Positions 9,965-21,439 of a DNA stretch of 51,046 bases are shown here, one piece after another. The stretch lies in NCBI GenBank assembly GCA_029856105.1, contig JAHQWH010000035.1:1-51046 (forward strand), read 5' to 3'. The translations under genes were made by a program, and so were the position numbers. The stretch comes from Promethearchaeia archaeon. Lineage in GTDB: Archaea > Asgardarchaeota > Lokiarchaeia > Sigyniarchaeales > SOKP01. Position 1 is the first letter of the stretch, and every line of letters begins with the position of its first letter. The notes under the pieces are model-generated. The model saw only the letters and a list, made by a program, of their open reading frames with translations. It was not told where the DNA came from and did not search any database.

Positions 9965-10990
9965 TTGAATGCAAATAATATTACTGTCTGTTTTATTTCT
10001 AACGTATCTGAAGAAGTTCAAAATTACTTAACAGAGAATTTAAAAAACCTTTTAAATGTTAAGATTATATTTCCTAAAAATACTTCCGAAGAATATTTAG
10101 AAAAAATAGTTCCAGACGCGGAAGTTCTAATTGGATGGAGACCTTCGAAAAAAATTTTAAATCACGCAACTAATCTAAAAGTATTCATTAATCCTGGTGC
10201 TGGTGTAAACCATCTTTTAGATTTATTTAATGACTTAAATAAAACAAGAAAAATATCACTGATTAATGGCCATGGAAATTCCTATCTTGTCGCTCAACAT
10301 GCTGTTGCTTTACTTTTAACTCTTATGAATAAAACAGTCCCCCATCATAATTGGATGAAAAAAGGAAGATGGCGGACTGGTGATGATGATGCGACGTCAA
10401 TTCCCCTGCGTTTTAGGGAAATAGGACTTTTAGGTTATGGTGCGATTAATCGGAAGGTACATCGATTTCTCTCGGGTTTCGATGTAAAATTCCATATCTT
10501 AAGAAATAATTGGAATAAACAAAAGGATGATTTACCAACTCCAGCAAAGAAATATAAATATAACCAACTTTATGAATTTTTGAAAGAAATAGATATTTTA
10601 ATAATAGCTGTTCCAGTAACTTCTTTAACATCTGGATTAATAAAAGCCAAAGAAATAAGTTTATTAGAACCAAATGGACTGATTGTCAATGTTGCAAGAG
10701 GAGAAATTATTAACCAAAAAGATCTTTATAATGCTTTGAAAAATAGAATAATATCGGGAGCAGCCATAGATGTATGGTATGATTATCATCCAAATCCAGA
10801 TAAAGACGGCGTTAAGCGCCCTTATAAATTTCCTTTTCATACGCTTGATAACATTATCTTATCCCCTCATAGAGGATACTCTCCTTTCAGTGATTTGTTC
10901 AGGTGGAATGAAGTAATAGAAAATATTACTCGTATGGCAAAGGGGCGCGAAAGGTTAATTAATGTTGTTAGGTTCGAAGAAGAGTATTAA
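9965..10990 (+). CDS. D-isomer-specific 2-hydroxyacid dehydrogenase
   Basis: GAGVNH, GYGAIN Rossmann motif, NVARG, AIDVW and SPHRG. Confidence 0.92.
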   Translation: MNANNITVCFISNVSEEVQNYLTENLKNLLNVKIIFPKNTSEEYLEKIVPDAEVLIGWRPSKKILNHATNLKVFINPGAGVNHLLDLFNDLNKTRKISLINGHGNSYLVAQHAVALLLTLMNKTVPHHNWMKKGRWRTGDDDATSIPLRFREIGLLGYGAINRKVHRFLSGFDVKFHILRNNWNKQKDDLPTPAKKYKYNQLYEFLKEIDILIIAVPVTSLTSGLIKAKEISLLEPNGLIVNVARGEIINQKDLYNALKNRIISGAAIDVWYDYHPNPDKDGVKRPYKFPFHTLDNIILSPHRGYSPFSDLFRWNEVIENITRMAKGRERLINVVRFEEEY

Positions 10991-11541
10991 GTTTTGCATT
11001 GCACTAAAAATAATTAGCTTCAATAATTTTCAAAAATAGAAAAGCGCTATAACATTTTAACTAAAAACAAATTTTTGGTTGAGATTTAATGTTTTATAAA
11101 ACAATTTTTTAATTCTTAGAGATTTTATATTAAATACATGCATATCATTTAATAGTTTAAGATTTTGCGCATACATTCGCGTTGTTTAATGATTTCCAAA
11201 TATTCTTGTGAAAAAAAAGATATGTAATTTTTTTTTCAAATTTAAAAATTAACTATTTTTTATTTTTACTTACTTTTAATTTTTATAAAAAATTTTCAGA
11301 TACTTTAAAGAATTTTCAAAAATATTTTCATAAAAAGGATTAAAATTGAGAATAATCAATTTTCTTCTTTATTTACACCTAAAACGAGAGATTGGTGGTG
11401 ATTTTCTCTTTAATTTATAATCGGGTAAAAATTATATTTATGAAAATATATTAACCCACTAAAAAACAATGTTTAAATATCAGTTAGCAATAAATAATTA
11501 TATAAAGTAAAATCTAAAAAAATAAAGGTTAAGGCGATTGG

Positions 11542-11832
11542 ATGAAGATTGTAACCGTTAATGTACCTGAAAGTTATATAGGTGCTATAAATAAATTGAT
11601 AGGGGAAAATGGATTGTATCCCAGCCGCTCAGAATTGATTAGATGTGCCGTCCGAGATTTCCTTTTAAAAGAACTTAAAATGGCTAACAACATGGCTAAA
11701 TATAATGAAGCTGAAATTGATGATTTTGACGATAAAAATTTTGTACGCGTACCAATAGAAAGCAGAAATGAAAAGTCTGAACCGGTTCGCGAATTTAAAA
11801 CTTACAAAATTATAAAGAGGTTAGAACACTAA
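11542..11832 (+). CDS. Ribbon-helix-helix (CopG/MetJ-type) transcription regulator
   Basis: MKIVTVNVP..Y...I..L...GLYPSRSELIR.AVRDFL. Confidence 0.88.
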   Translation: MKIVTVNVPESYIGAINKLIGENGLYPSRSELIRCAVRDFLLKELKMANNMAKYNEAEIDDFDDKNFVRVPIESRNEKSEPVREFKTYKIIKRLEH

Positions 11833-12154
11833 CATTATTCAATAAATTGTATTGTAAAATATTTATTTAACCATTAGCAGAATAGAGTTCTTATTTTTTT
11901 TTTTCTTTTTTTAAATAACTGGTTTTAAAATGGATTAAAATAAAATAGATTCATTACGTTTTTGTATAATAATTGAATGGTGTTAGATTGAACAAATTTT
12001 AACATTTACTCAACATTATTGTAATTTATATAAATATGTTTTTAACTAATTAATTTTGATGAATTAATACGCGAATAAAGTGATAAATTAATATGAAGTT
12101 ATAAGTTAAATATTTAATAATAGTATAATCTAGTCAAAATATGATCAAGAAACT

Positions 12155-13435
12155 ATGGGTGTTGATATAATTTCAAACAAAAAAAGTTTTCCAGATTTTA
12201 TGGAATGGGGAATCATAAACAAGGAAAATTTTAAAGGTAAAACCACTTACGATGTACCTATAAAGAGATGGGACCCTCTATCTACGGTCACCATTCAAAC
12301 CAAGGGTTTTGGTCTTAGAAAAGAACGAGTAAGATACTATGGTCACTATGCTTACTTATCACCAATCAGAAGTGATAGACCTAAAGGTTTTAAAACTGAA
12401 GAAGAGAAAAAACAATTTTATGATTGTTCAAGGAAAATAAAATCTAATTATAAGGATGTTTTTACCTCGGTAACAGAGGGAAAACCAATATACGATGATT
12501 GGGAAAAACAGATTGGTGACGGTTTTACAATAATTATTACTGAAGATGAAAAAAAGAGAGACAATCCCTTTTTAGAAACACCGCATCAAATAGAAAGAAT
12601 TCCCGATTCATGCAAAGCACTAACATTAATAAATAGATACCCTTCTATGGCTCGAATAGTGGATTCTGATATTGAAAAAAAGATTAAGGACAATATGCCT
12701 TCTCATTTAAAGCTCTCACGGGGTATTAATTTAGTTACGCTCTCAAGGCATTTTTATCCTGCATTGTGTTTTAATTTAATTCCTGAAGATGTTTTAGCGT
12801 GTATTTTTTTATCTATGAAGGCGGCAATTCTCTATTGTGTCCAAGAAGCTATTGATAAAGACTATTACGATATTCCCGTTTCACCGTTTTTTAACATAGG
12901 AACTAAGGTTGGTGGTTCTCAACCTCGTATTCACGGTCAGGCATATATCGATTTAAACATGGACGGTCATGGAAGCCGATTAGAAGGATACCTCGAAGCT
13001 TTTAAAGAAATGGGGGATAATTGTCGTTTATGCCAAACCACTCATGGGGATAGTGATCGGATAATTTTAAAGACTGAATTTTGGACGTTTTATGCAACGG
13101 GAAGTCCTGTAAGAAATTATCACATTCGCGCGTATCCACACGAACATATTAGACGGTTTACTCAATTGAAAATAAACCAAATCAACGATTTTGCAAATGC
13201 GATCAAGATGGTCTTCCAAGCTTTAGATGATAATTCAATTGATAAGAACAGAAATATTTTATTTAATTGTTGTCCGTATGGTTATGATGCGGATTTTCAC
13301 ATGTTTGTCGATATAATTCCACACGAAATTATTGGTGGGGCAGAAATGGCAGATGACATGAGAGTTGCAAGAAAATTACCCCATATAGCGGCAGCAGAAG
13401 TTAGGAAATCGTTAGAAAAATATCTAAAGAAATAA
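12155..13435 (+). CDS. GalT-like HIT-superfamily sugar-1-phosphate nucleotidyl transferase/phosphorylase
   Basis: RWDPL, RSDRP, NRYP, FFNIGTKVGGSQPRIHGQ (GalT HxHxQ variant), CxxC and P..H. Confidence 0.8.
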   Translation: MGVDIISNKKSFPDFMEWGIINKENFKGKTTYDVPIKRWDPLSTVTIQTKGFGLRKERVRYYGHYAYLSPIRSDRPKGFKTEEEKKQFYDCSRKIKSNYKDVFTSVTEGKPIYDDWEKQIGDGFTIIITEDEKKRDNPFLETPHQIERIPDSCKALTLINRYPSMARIVDSDIEKKIKDNMPSHLKLSRGINLVTLSRHFYPALCFNLIPEDVLACIFLSMKAAILYCVQEAIDKDYYDIPVSPFFNIGTKVGGSQPRIHGQAYIDLNMDGHGSRLEGYLEAFKEMGDNCRLCQTTHGDSDRIILKTEFWTFYATGSPVRNYHIRAYPHEHIRRFTQLKINQINDFANAIKMVFQALDDNSIDKNRNILFNCCPYGYDADFHMFVDIIPHEIIGGAEMADDMRVARKLPHIAAAEVRKSLEKYLKK

Positions 13436-13588
13436 GGATAATCTATATTTCATCTTCCTGTCTTTTACTTTAATATAACCCAAATATTCATTTTTGTAAA
13501 TAATCTCAATATTTAAATTTCAATTAAAACTAGATTTATATCTATTACGCAACATATAATGAATGAGTAATTTTGTGAGAGATTCAAC

Positions 13589-14737
13589 ATGCGAGAATGG
13601 TCTGCCATAATATTAGCGGGAGGAAAGGGGTCGAGGTTGATGCCTTTAACATCACTCGTTCCAAAACCGCTTGTAAAAGTAACTAATAAAGCTATGGTGG
13701 ATTATTCTATTGCTCACTTAATATTTGCCGATATTAAGCATATTATTCTTGCTTTAGCTTATATGGGTCAAGAATTAAAAGAATACGTGGAAAAAACATG
13801 GACTCCCGATAAGTTAGGAGATGTTGAACTTGAATGCGTAATTCAAGAGAGCAAGGGTACGGCCGATGCTTACCGATTATTGACTAATAATATTGATTCC
13901 GAAAAGATTGTTGTTAGCATGGCAGACATCGTAACAAATCTCCCAATGAGGGAATTTATGGATTTCCATTCGGAAAAAGTGGGGACAGCTACTATTTCCA
14001 TGAAAACCAGCGAAAGTCATACGAGTCAATATGGCGTTGTGCTTCTCGATCAGAATAGAAAAATTTATCTCTTCTTAGAAAAACCAGCTCCTATGGAACT
14101 GTATTTAAGTAGTATGGCTCAAAGAACCGATTTATTTTTGCATACAAACATAATAAACACAGGAATTTATTGTTTTAATAAAGAGATTGGTAGTATCTTA
14201 CAAGAAACAGGCTTAATGGATTTTGGGGGGGAAGTTTTCCCTTATCTCCTAGATAATAATTACGATTTATATGGATTTGTTAAAAATTATTATTGGCTTG
14301 ACTGTGGAAACGCTGAAACTTATTTGTGGGCAAATTGGGACTTATTACGTAAATATTCTTGGCCGATCACCCCAAATGGTGAGGAATACGATGGAATTTA
14401 CGTAACGGGCGTTATTCATTCGGGACAAAATGTATCTATCGAAAAACCGTCTTGTTTTGGGGAACTTGTAGAATTACTTAATCGAGTTAAAATAAAACCG
14501 TTATGTTCAATTGGAGCTCGTGTTAAAATTGGAGAGGATACGGTAATCGAGAAAAGCGTTATCTGGGACAACGTAAATATTGGAGCAGGTTGTCATATTG
14601 ATAGTTCGATCGTTTGTAATAATTGTGAAATAGGCGATAATGTCGTTCTACATAATGCGATAATTGCCCCAAATTGCAAAATTAGTGATGACATTCAAAT
14701 CCGAGATAAAACTCTTGATCTTGGTACTATTATGTAA
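13589..14737 (+). CDS. NDP-sugar pyrophosphorylase (mannose/glucose-1-phosphate nucleotidyltransferase) with left-handed beta-helix
   Basis: ILAGGKGSRLMPLT..PKPL, GTAD, FLEKP, INTGIY, W.D.G and hexapeptide repeats. Confidence 0.92.
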   Translation: MREWSAIILAGGKGSRLMPLTSLVPKPLVKVTNKAMVDYSIAHLIFADIKHIILALAYMGQELKEYVEKTWTPDKLGDVELECVIQESKGTADAYRLLTNNIDSEKIVVSMADIVTNLPMREFMDFHSEKVGTATISMKTSESHTSQYGVVLLDQNRKIYLFLEKPAPMELYLSSMAQRTDLFLHTNIINTGIYCFNKEIGSILQETGLMDFGGEVFPYLLDNNYDLYGFVKNYYWLDCGNAETYLWANWDLLRKYSWPITPNGEEYDGIYVTGVIHSGQNVSIEKPSCFGELVELLNRVKIKPLCSIGARVKIGEDTVIEKSVIWDNVNIGAGCHIDSSIVCNNCEIGDNVVLHNAIIAPNCKISDDIQIRDKTLDLGTIM

Positions 14738-14927
14738 TTAAAAGCATGTCTATTTTCTATGATGATATTAATATCTATTTCGTTAAATTTGAGCAGAAAA
14801 CCGCACATAGACAAATAAATATTGAAAAAATAAGAGAAAATCATCAATTATTATTTAATTATTAAAATAATTTTTCACTAATTTTAACTAAAAAATAATA
14901 AAAAAAGGGAGATAAATATTTAGTATT

Positions 14928-16130
14928 ATGGTTGTATATTTTGCGTTTTTATTTCATATCTATCAACCACCAGTACAATTACCCTTTGTAATCAAACAAA
15001 TTGCAAATGAATCTTATAGACCAATAATTGAAGCTTTAAGAAAACATCCCTCTGCGAAAATAACTTTGAATATTAATGGTACCTTGACTGAACAATTAAA
15101 TGATTTTGGATATATGGATATCTTAGAAGGTATAACAGCACTTGCATCTAGAGGTCAAGTAGAATTTACGGGTTCTGGAAAATTCCATCCTCTATTACCT
15201 CTTATTCCATCGCCAGAAATTAGACGACAAATTGAATTGAATTATGAAACGAATCAAAAATTTTTTGGAGAATTATTTAAACCGAGAGGTTTTTTTCCTC
15301 CTGAAATGGCAGTTTCTGAAGAAGTATTTTCGGTTGTAAAAGAAATGGGTTATGATTGGATTATTAACAGCGGTATAGCAAATACTTTACCCGAATTTCC
15401 TACAACTTTTATATCACAACATCCTAACGGTTTAAATTTACTATTTAGAGATGATTATATCTCTATTGATTGTGCATTTGATAAAATTAATACTGTTGAT
15501 GCGTTTATAAATCGATTATATTATAAACAAACATCAGAGGACTATTATATTATTCTAGCAATGGATGGTGAAACTTTTGGACACCACGTAAAACATGCTA
15601 TAAATAATTTTTTGATACCTCTTTTTGGTGTTCTCCCTCATCGTAATGATGTTAAATTATGTAATGTTTCAGAAATCATAGACAAGTTCCCTAAAATTAA
15701 TATACAGAATCCACGGGCATCTTCTTGGTCAACTATGCCTTATGATTTAGCTCATGATGTTCCTTTTCCTCTTTGGTTTGATCCTAATAATGAAATTCAC
15801 ATTGAACAGCACCGGTTTTTTATGTATGCTCTGACTTTAATCCATTTATCGAGTAAATATCGAGATAGTATGGATGACGAAAAAAAATCAATTTTTGACA
15901 ATGCGAGAAATTTATTAGATCGAGGAATCCATTCGTGTCAGCAATGGTGGGCCTCTAAAAGGCCTTGGTATTCCCCAGATATGATTCTACGGGGGTTAAA
16001 CGAAGTATTAATGGCGAGTATCAATGCTAAGAGAAGTATTCCAGACAGTGCGCCAGATATTCAAGACGCTATGGAACTAATTATGGAGGATATGTTAAAA
16101 GCTCAAAATAGAATTATTTTATCGTTATAA
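14928..16130 (+). CDS. Glycoside hydrolase family 57
   Basis: HIYQP, HPLLPL, FFPPEMA (nucleophile), LAMDGETFGHH (acid/base) and SSWS. Confidence 0.92.
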   Translation: MVVYFAFLFHIYQPPVQLPFVIKQIANESYRPIIEALRKHPSAKITLNINGTLTEQLNDFGYMDILEGITALASRGQVEFTGSGKFHPLLPLIPSPEIRRQIELNYETNQKFFGELFKPRGFFPPEMAVSEEVFSVVKEMGYDWIINSGIANTLPEFPTTFISQHPNGLNLLFRDDYISIDCAFDKINTVDAFINRLYYKQTSEDYYIILAMDGETFGHHVKHAINNFLIPLFGVLPHRNDVKLCNVSEIIDKFPKINIQNPRASSWSTMPYDLAHDVPFPLWFDPNNEIHIEQHRFFMYALTLIHLSSKYRDSMDDEKKSIFDNARNLLDRGIHSCQQWWASKRPWYSPDMILRGLNEVLMASINAKRSIPDSAPDIQDAMELIMEDMLKAQNRIILSL

Positions 16131-16237
16131 AAAATAGTAATCTATAGGTGTAACCATCTATTTTTTCCTTGGAATGTGTTTTACTGAAGGTTTTTATTTA
16201 TTTACTCCTTTCTAGATTAAGCTTAAAGTAAAGACTC

Positions 16238-19200
16238 CTATGATAAACTTTGCAGACTTTCTAGAAACTTATTAACTTGATATTTCGAGGTTTCCGCGAT
16301 TTTTATAAGTTTTTGATAATCTTTTAATAACCTTTCCATTTCAATAACTACGCTTTCTTTAGATTGCGCTATCTTATCTATTACAGCAATTAAATACATC
16401 CATCTTACGAACGTGTCAAATGATTCTGCGCTAAACCATAAAAGATTGTGATACCTATTGACATTTAGATATTGTTGTACTTCGGGCTCACTGAAAAATG
16501 ATTGGAAGATAGAATACAAGTTTTTTTCGGTATATTTATTTGAAGCAGCCCAGTTTTGTAGATTTACCATCAGTTTAATAATAGAAATTCCATCTTGCGT
16601 TTTCTCTTCTTCTTTTATGGATAACTCTTCTAGTATATTTTTAATAAATTTGGAGAGCCGCCATTCGTCAAACCAACTGCGACTTTGCAGTTCATAATTC
16701 TTATCTGAAACTACCCTTCCTAATTGATGAATAAATAGCCAAGATAAGAGTATTCCCCATTCAGATTCAGAATTAGGAAGCATTTTTTCATAAATGCGTG
16801 TTAATTCCGGATTTATTTTTATAGTTTTTAATCTTTGTTCCAATCTTGATATTACTTTTAGTTTTTCAATTATTTCTTTTTTAACTCTTGTAACGTCTTT
16901 TTTACTCGAAGAATAGTTTTTAACTTCTATTAAAAATGAATTTAACTTATCGCTAATAGCTTCTACTACCTGTTCTGCTTTTTTAGTGTTTAATAAATTT
17001 TTAAAATTAGGGGTATTAACTATTTCTCTAAATTTCTCGTGTAATGGTTGATAAATTATCTCGTGCAGAGTTTCATTAATATTATAAACTCCTTTTCCCC
17101 CTAAGAAATCATATAATTGAGCATAGTGAAAAAATTCATTATCTTGGACTATTTGAAAATCCATAAATAAAAACATTTGATATGCTTGAAGCTCTAGATA
17201 CAACCCTTGTTCGTGTAGGTCTCTATTTCGTCTAATATATTCTAACCCCGTTAGATAATCTTTAAAGATGCAATATCCCTCTTTAGGTAAGGTTAAACCG
17301 TCTATTAAAGACTTTTGAATTACAACTTTATCTTCTGTTAGCTTATTAGCAAAACCAACTGAATTCTTAATAAAACCTTTTGTTTCAGCAAACTTATTGT
17401 GATAAAGAACCAAAGCTCGTTCATTATTAACTCTGTTTGAGTAAGCAAAAACATCTTCATTAACCACATTACCACTCCAAAAATCATATAGTAAAAAATT
17501 ATTCGCGTTAGCAAATAAGTAGCGTTTCTTCATTATAGGAAAAATTATATCTTCGTGCCGTTGAAGTAAGTCCGAATTAATCTTTTCATCCCAATAAGCA
17601 CGTCTATATTCCATGCCGTATTTTTCACTAAATCCTTCTATTTGACCGTGTCCAAACATGGGTAAGCCAGGCATAGTTATGAGCATTAAGCAAACACCGA
17701 AATATTTACCTCCATCTCCAAATTGTTTAATAGCAGTTTCTTCATCTGGATTATTCATGAAATTAACAAATCGTTTAAGAATTTCAGGATCAAATTCTAA
17801 AGTGTTTTTTAAGACTAATCGGTACATAGCATTATCTTCGTCACGGAGCATATTCATAAAGGCAGAATTATATACACGATGCATTCCTAGAGTTCTCACA
17901 AAGAATCCTTCAAGCAGCCAAAATGCTTCTGCTAATAATAAAGTGTCTGGATTTTCTTTATTAATCCTATCTACCACTTCACGCCAAAACTCCTTCGGCA
18001 TTGCTTTATAGAAATCCTCTTTTGATATGCCTTGTTCAGCTCTTGAAGGAATAGCCCCTCCAGTTCCCGGTTCTGGAAACCACAAACGTTGAAAATGCTT
18101 TCTAGTAAGTGTCATAGCAGCATCAAAACGAATAATTGGAAACATTCTGGAAACATGAAGTATGGTTTGTATAACTGCCTCTCTCACTTCAGGGTTCAAA
18201 AAATTCAATTGAGCAGTATCATTCCATGGAAAGCTAGTTCCGTCATTACCGTGGTAAATATATTTCTCTTCTCCCGTTCTAAAGTCTATATGTTTAAAAG
18301 TAACCGCAGCATCAGTTCTAGAAAAATATTTGTCTTCTAAAAATATCCCTTTATTAGGATCACCAGATAAATTTTCTCCAGAATAACTATAAGAAGGAAA
18401 TGGAGGATAGTGTAAAGAAACATACCACTCAGGATGTTCTATTATCCATTTTGAAACGATGCCCGTATGGTTTGGAACCATATCACAAGCAAGACGGATG
18501 CCCCTCGCCATTGCTCTATCTCTTAGATTTTCATAGGATTCGTTACCACCTAAGTCGTGCGCGATTGCATAATCGTACGTTGAATAAGCGCTAGCTTCCG
18601 CTTCTGGATTACCACACCAACGTTTAATTGTTTTTGATGCTTGACTTCTTTCCCATAATCCAATAAGCCAAAGTCCTGTAAACCCCCATTCCTTTAATTG
18701 AGCTAATTCTTCATTTGGTATTTCATATAGCTTTGTTATTGATTTTTTATACTTCTTAGAAAGTTGGTCCATCCAAACATAAACATTCTTAGCGATCATA
18801 ACAACTTTGGGCATCCATTCTTTGTCGCTAGTATAATTTTCAAGTTCCATTATGTCGTATTCATAAGCTTTTGACTTACCAGGGCCTAATCCTCTTAACA
18901 TCTCTTCTTCGCGTATAATATCGATGGCGACCAAGATTCTAAACATATATTTCCCTAATTTTTCGCCCCAATGTTCATGTATATATTCTAATTGATCGCG
19001 AATTGAATGTGGATATTTGAGTGTAGGCTCATTTAACATTTCAATTAAATTTTGATTATTTGGACCAAATTTAGATTTACCATTGAAAAATTCTTTTGTT
19101 TCATCAATTATTTCCCTGTATACCGTCCTCTTTTCTAGCAAACCATCATCAAATAGTTCAATGTATGGTGAGAAAGAAGGGTTTGTGTTTCCAAGCCAAA

Positions 19201-19645
19201 GATTTAAAAATTCCTCTACAAATTGGATTTCATTTTCATTACCATCGATTTTTTCTTTCAAGAATTGATCGATATCAACTTTTTCTTGATAAACACTTTC
19301 GGGAGGAAATTCTTCGATTAATGAATAAATAGCACTATTAAGTTTAGGAACCTCAATTCTTTTTTTCAAATAATCAAAAAGTTCACGGTTTAAAGACGGA
19401 TCCTTTGTTTCTTCTTTGTACAAATCAAGCAAATACTTTTTAATTTCATATATTAATGCCATCCCGTTAAATTCTCCTATTCGGATTGCCATTTCTGGAT
19501 AATTCACTAAGTCTTTTTTTTGATTCAATTTCTGCACAAATAATCTTACTAAATGTATATCACCGTCAAATTCAATACTTCCATTTTCAGAAAATTTGAA
19601 TTCATCAAATACATATCTATTTCTTGCATCTCTCGAAATTTTCAT
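16238..19645 (-). CDS. Large GH13 alpha-amylase family protein
   Basis: DMVPNH, WNDTAQL, RFDAAM, LAEAFW and NNPDE conserved regions. Confidence 0.9.
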   Translation of the reverse strand: MKISRDARNRYVFDEFKFSENGSIEFDGDIHLVRLFVQKLNQKKDLVNYPEMAIRIGEFNGMALIYEIKKYLLDLYKEETKDPSLNRELFDYLKKRIEVPKLNSAIYSLIEEFPPESVYQEKVDIDQFLKEKIDGNENEIQFVEEFLNLWLGNTNPSFSPYIELFDDGLLEKRTVYREIIDETKEFFNGKSKFGPNNQNLIEMLNEPTLKYPHSIRDQLEYIHEHWGEKLGKYMFRILVAIDIIREEEMLRGLGPGKSKAYEYDIMELENYTSDKEWMPKVVMIAKNVYVWMDQLSKKYKKSITKLYEIPNEELAQLKEWGFTGLWLIGLWERSQASKTIKRWCGNPEAEASAYSTYDYAIAHDLGGNESYENLRDRAMARGIRLACDMVPNHTGIVSKWIIEHPEWYVSLHYPPFPSYSYSGENLSGDPNKGIFLEDKYFSRTDAAVTFKHIDFRTGEEKYIYHGNDGTSFPWNDTAQLNFLNPEVREAVIQTILHVSRMFPIIRFDAAMTLTRKHFQRLWFPEPGTGGAIPSRAEQGISKEDFYKAMPKEFWREVVDRINKENPDTLLLAEAFWLLEGFFVRTLGMHRVYNSAFMNMLRDEDNAMYRLVLKNTLEFDPEILKRFVNFMNNPDEETAIKQFGDGGKYFGVCLMLITMPGLPMFGHGQIEGFSEKYGMEYRRAYWDEKINSDLLQRHEDIIFPIMKKRYLFANANNFLLYDFWSGNVVNEDVFAYSNRVNNERALVLYHNKFAETKGFIKNSVGFANKLTEDKVVIQKSLIDGLTLPKEGYCIFKDYLTGLEYIRRNRDLHEQGLYLELQAYQMFLFMDFQIVQDNEFFHYAQLYDFLGGKGVYNINETLHEIIYQPLHEKFREIVNTPNFKNLLNTKKAEQVVEAISDKLNSFLIEVKNYSSSKKDVTRVKKEIIEKLKVISRLEQRLKTIKINPELTRIYEKMLPNSESEWGILLSWLFIHQLGRVVSDKNYELQSRSWFDEWRLSKFIKNILEELSIKEEEKTQDGISIIKLMVNLQNWAASNKYTEKNLYSIFQSFFSEPEVQQYLNVNRYHNLLWFSAESFDTFVRWMYLIAVIDKIAQSKESVVIEMERLLKDYQKLIKIAETSKYQVNKFLESLQSLS

Positions 19646-19901
19646 AGGTATTTCACTTTTTTGTTTCAGAATTTTTTTATTTTCTATTAATATTAATTAT
19701 CTAATGAACAGGTTTTAAAATATTTCATTCCAAAAGAGAGTGATAATCGCGTTTAAGTAATTCGAAATTACTAATTTTTTGATAATATTTAATAACATAA
19801 ATCATTCCTAGTTTTTAACAGTTAAAGTTATTAAATCAAAACTAGCTATATTAATTAGGCTTCTAATTATTTTTTACAATAAGAAATTATAATGATTTGA
19901 A

Positions 19902-21287
19902 ATGTGTGCGCGCGTCCAAAATCTAGATGAATTGAATAAAAATGGACGGATTTTAGGAAGAGCAAATTATATATTTACTCCTGAAATAGCCAGCTCTATT
20001 GGATCTATTCACGGAAGTTCATTCCAATTAGATGAGACAATCGTAATTGGACGCGATTACCATAACGACAGCCGCATGTTAAAAAGAGCATATACTTCGG
20101 GTGTTATGAGTACGGGAGTAAATGTTTTAAATCTTTCCGATTGCACATTTCCTTTATTAGAATTTACGATTAGAAGATTTGGAGCGAGTGGAGGGGCATA
20201 TTTTTCAGGAGGGCACCTATATAGCGAAGATGTGGGTATTAGATTTGTAGACGCTGGAGGAATTGAGTTATCCCTTGTCGAAATAAAAAAAATCATTGAT
20301 TCATACCGCAATTTCCCCACACATATTAGGCGGGCAGAACCGCGAAAGATAGGACGCATTATTGCTATCCCTCAAACTCAAGATGTCTACATTAAATCAT
20401 TAGAACAATTTGTTAATAAAAAACAAATAAAAGAAGCGCGTTTAAAGATAGTAGTTGATTGCTCATTTAGTCCAACTGGAAGCATTACTCCAATATTAAT
20501 TAACGAGATAGGAGTTGAAGTAATTGCGTTAAACACTCATTACCGGGAAAGAACTGCAGTACCCGTACCAAGTATTAATACCATAAAAAATACTGCGGAC
20601 ATCGTAAAAGCCTCAAAAAGCCATTTAGGTGTGTGCTTTGACGTCGATGGATCAAGGATATTACTAGTGGATGAAAATGGATTAGAAATTAGCTATGAAA
20701 ATTTATTAATGTTATTTGTCGCATATGATGAGAGAATTCAAAAATCTAGAAATAGTACTGTTATTCTAACACCCTCGATTTCTCCCGTCGTTAAAAGTTT
20801 TATAGAAGAAAGTGGACATCCAACTAAACTTGTAGAGAATCATCCAGGAGAGCTTTCAAGGCAAATTAGACAAGAGAGAGCTTGTCTTGCCGCCTCTGAG
20901 TCTTTGAAATTTTATTTTCCACATTATGCACCTATAAGTGATGGCAACTATATTTTACTCAAAATTTTAGAAATCATGGCAAAGCAAAAAGATTTAATTA
21001 GTTCTCTTACAATTGGTTTTCCTAATGGGATAAAAGTTAATAAAACAATACCAGTATCAGCAGAAATCATAGAAACAATTCATAATAGGTTAATTGAATT
21101 CGCCGATGAACACGAATTAAAGTACCAAGATATCATAAATGAGCTAAAAATAATTGGTGAAGACGTGTACGTCAACATCAAAGCAGCTTTAAACAGAAAT
21201 GCAATCCTGTTATCGGCAGAGTCAGATGATAAGAGCAAATCAGTAAAAATGGTAAACGATTTATCTAAAATAATTTCGAAACTATAA
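19902..21287 (+). CDS. Phosphomannomutase/phosphoglucomutase-like protein with degenerate catalytic motifs
   Basis: G..N...TPE.A, IGRD...SRML and KIVVD are present. TASHN is replaced by SGGHL and DxDxD by DVDGS. Confidence 0.85.
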   Translation: MCARVQNLDELNKNGRILGRANYIFTPEIASSIGSIHGSSFQLDETIVIGRDYHNDSRMLKRAYTSGVMSTGVNVLNLSDCTFPLLEFTIRRFGASGGAYFSGGHLYSEDVGIRFVDAGGIELSLVEIKKIIDSYRNFPTHIRRAEPRKIGRIIAIPQTQDVYIKSLEQFVNKKQIKEARLKIVVDCSFSPTGSITPILINEIGVEVIALNTHYRERTAVPVPSINTIKNTADIVKASKSHLGVCFDVDGSRILLVDENGLEISYENLLMLFVAYDERIQKSRNSTVILTPSISPVVKSFIEESGHPTKLVENHPGELSRQIRQERACLAASESLKFYFPHYAPISDGNYILLKILEIMAKQKDLISSLTIGFPNGIKVNKTIPVSAEIIETIHNRLIEFADEHELKYQDIINELKIIGEDVYVNIKAALNRNAILLSAESDDKSKSVKMVNDLSKIISKL

Positions 21288-21439
21288 ACAGTTGAAACAA
21301 TAAATTAATAGGAGAAAAAACAAACTATTTTAAAACTTAAATCCTTTCTAATTGAAATTTAGGAATTATATTTAAAATAATATGTCGTTATATACTTATT
21401 AATAAAATTAAAATAATTAATTAAAAGGAAGTTTTTATA

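Noticed and set aside
10991-11541. Long AT-rich intergenic region as replication origin or CRISPR leader
   Set aside because: No ORB-like repeats, cdc6 or repeat-spacer array seen.
11542-11832. RHH protein as cell-division regulator CdrS
   Set aside because: Similar pattern, but there is no adjacent ftsZ and the family is generic.
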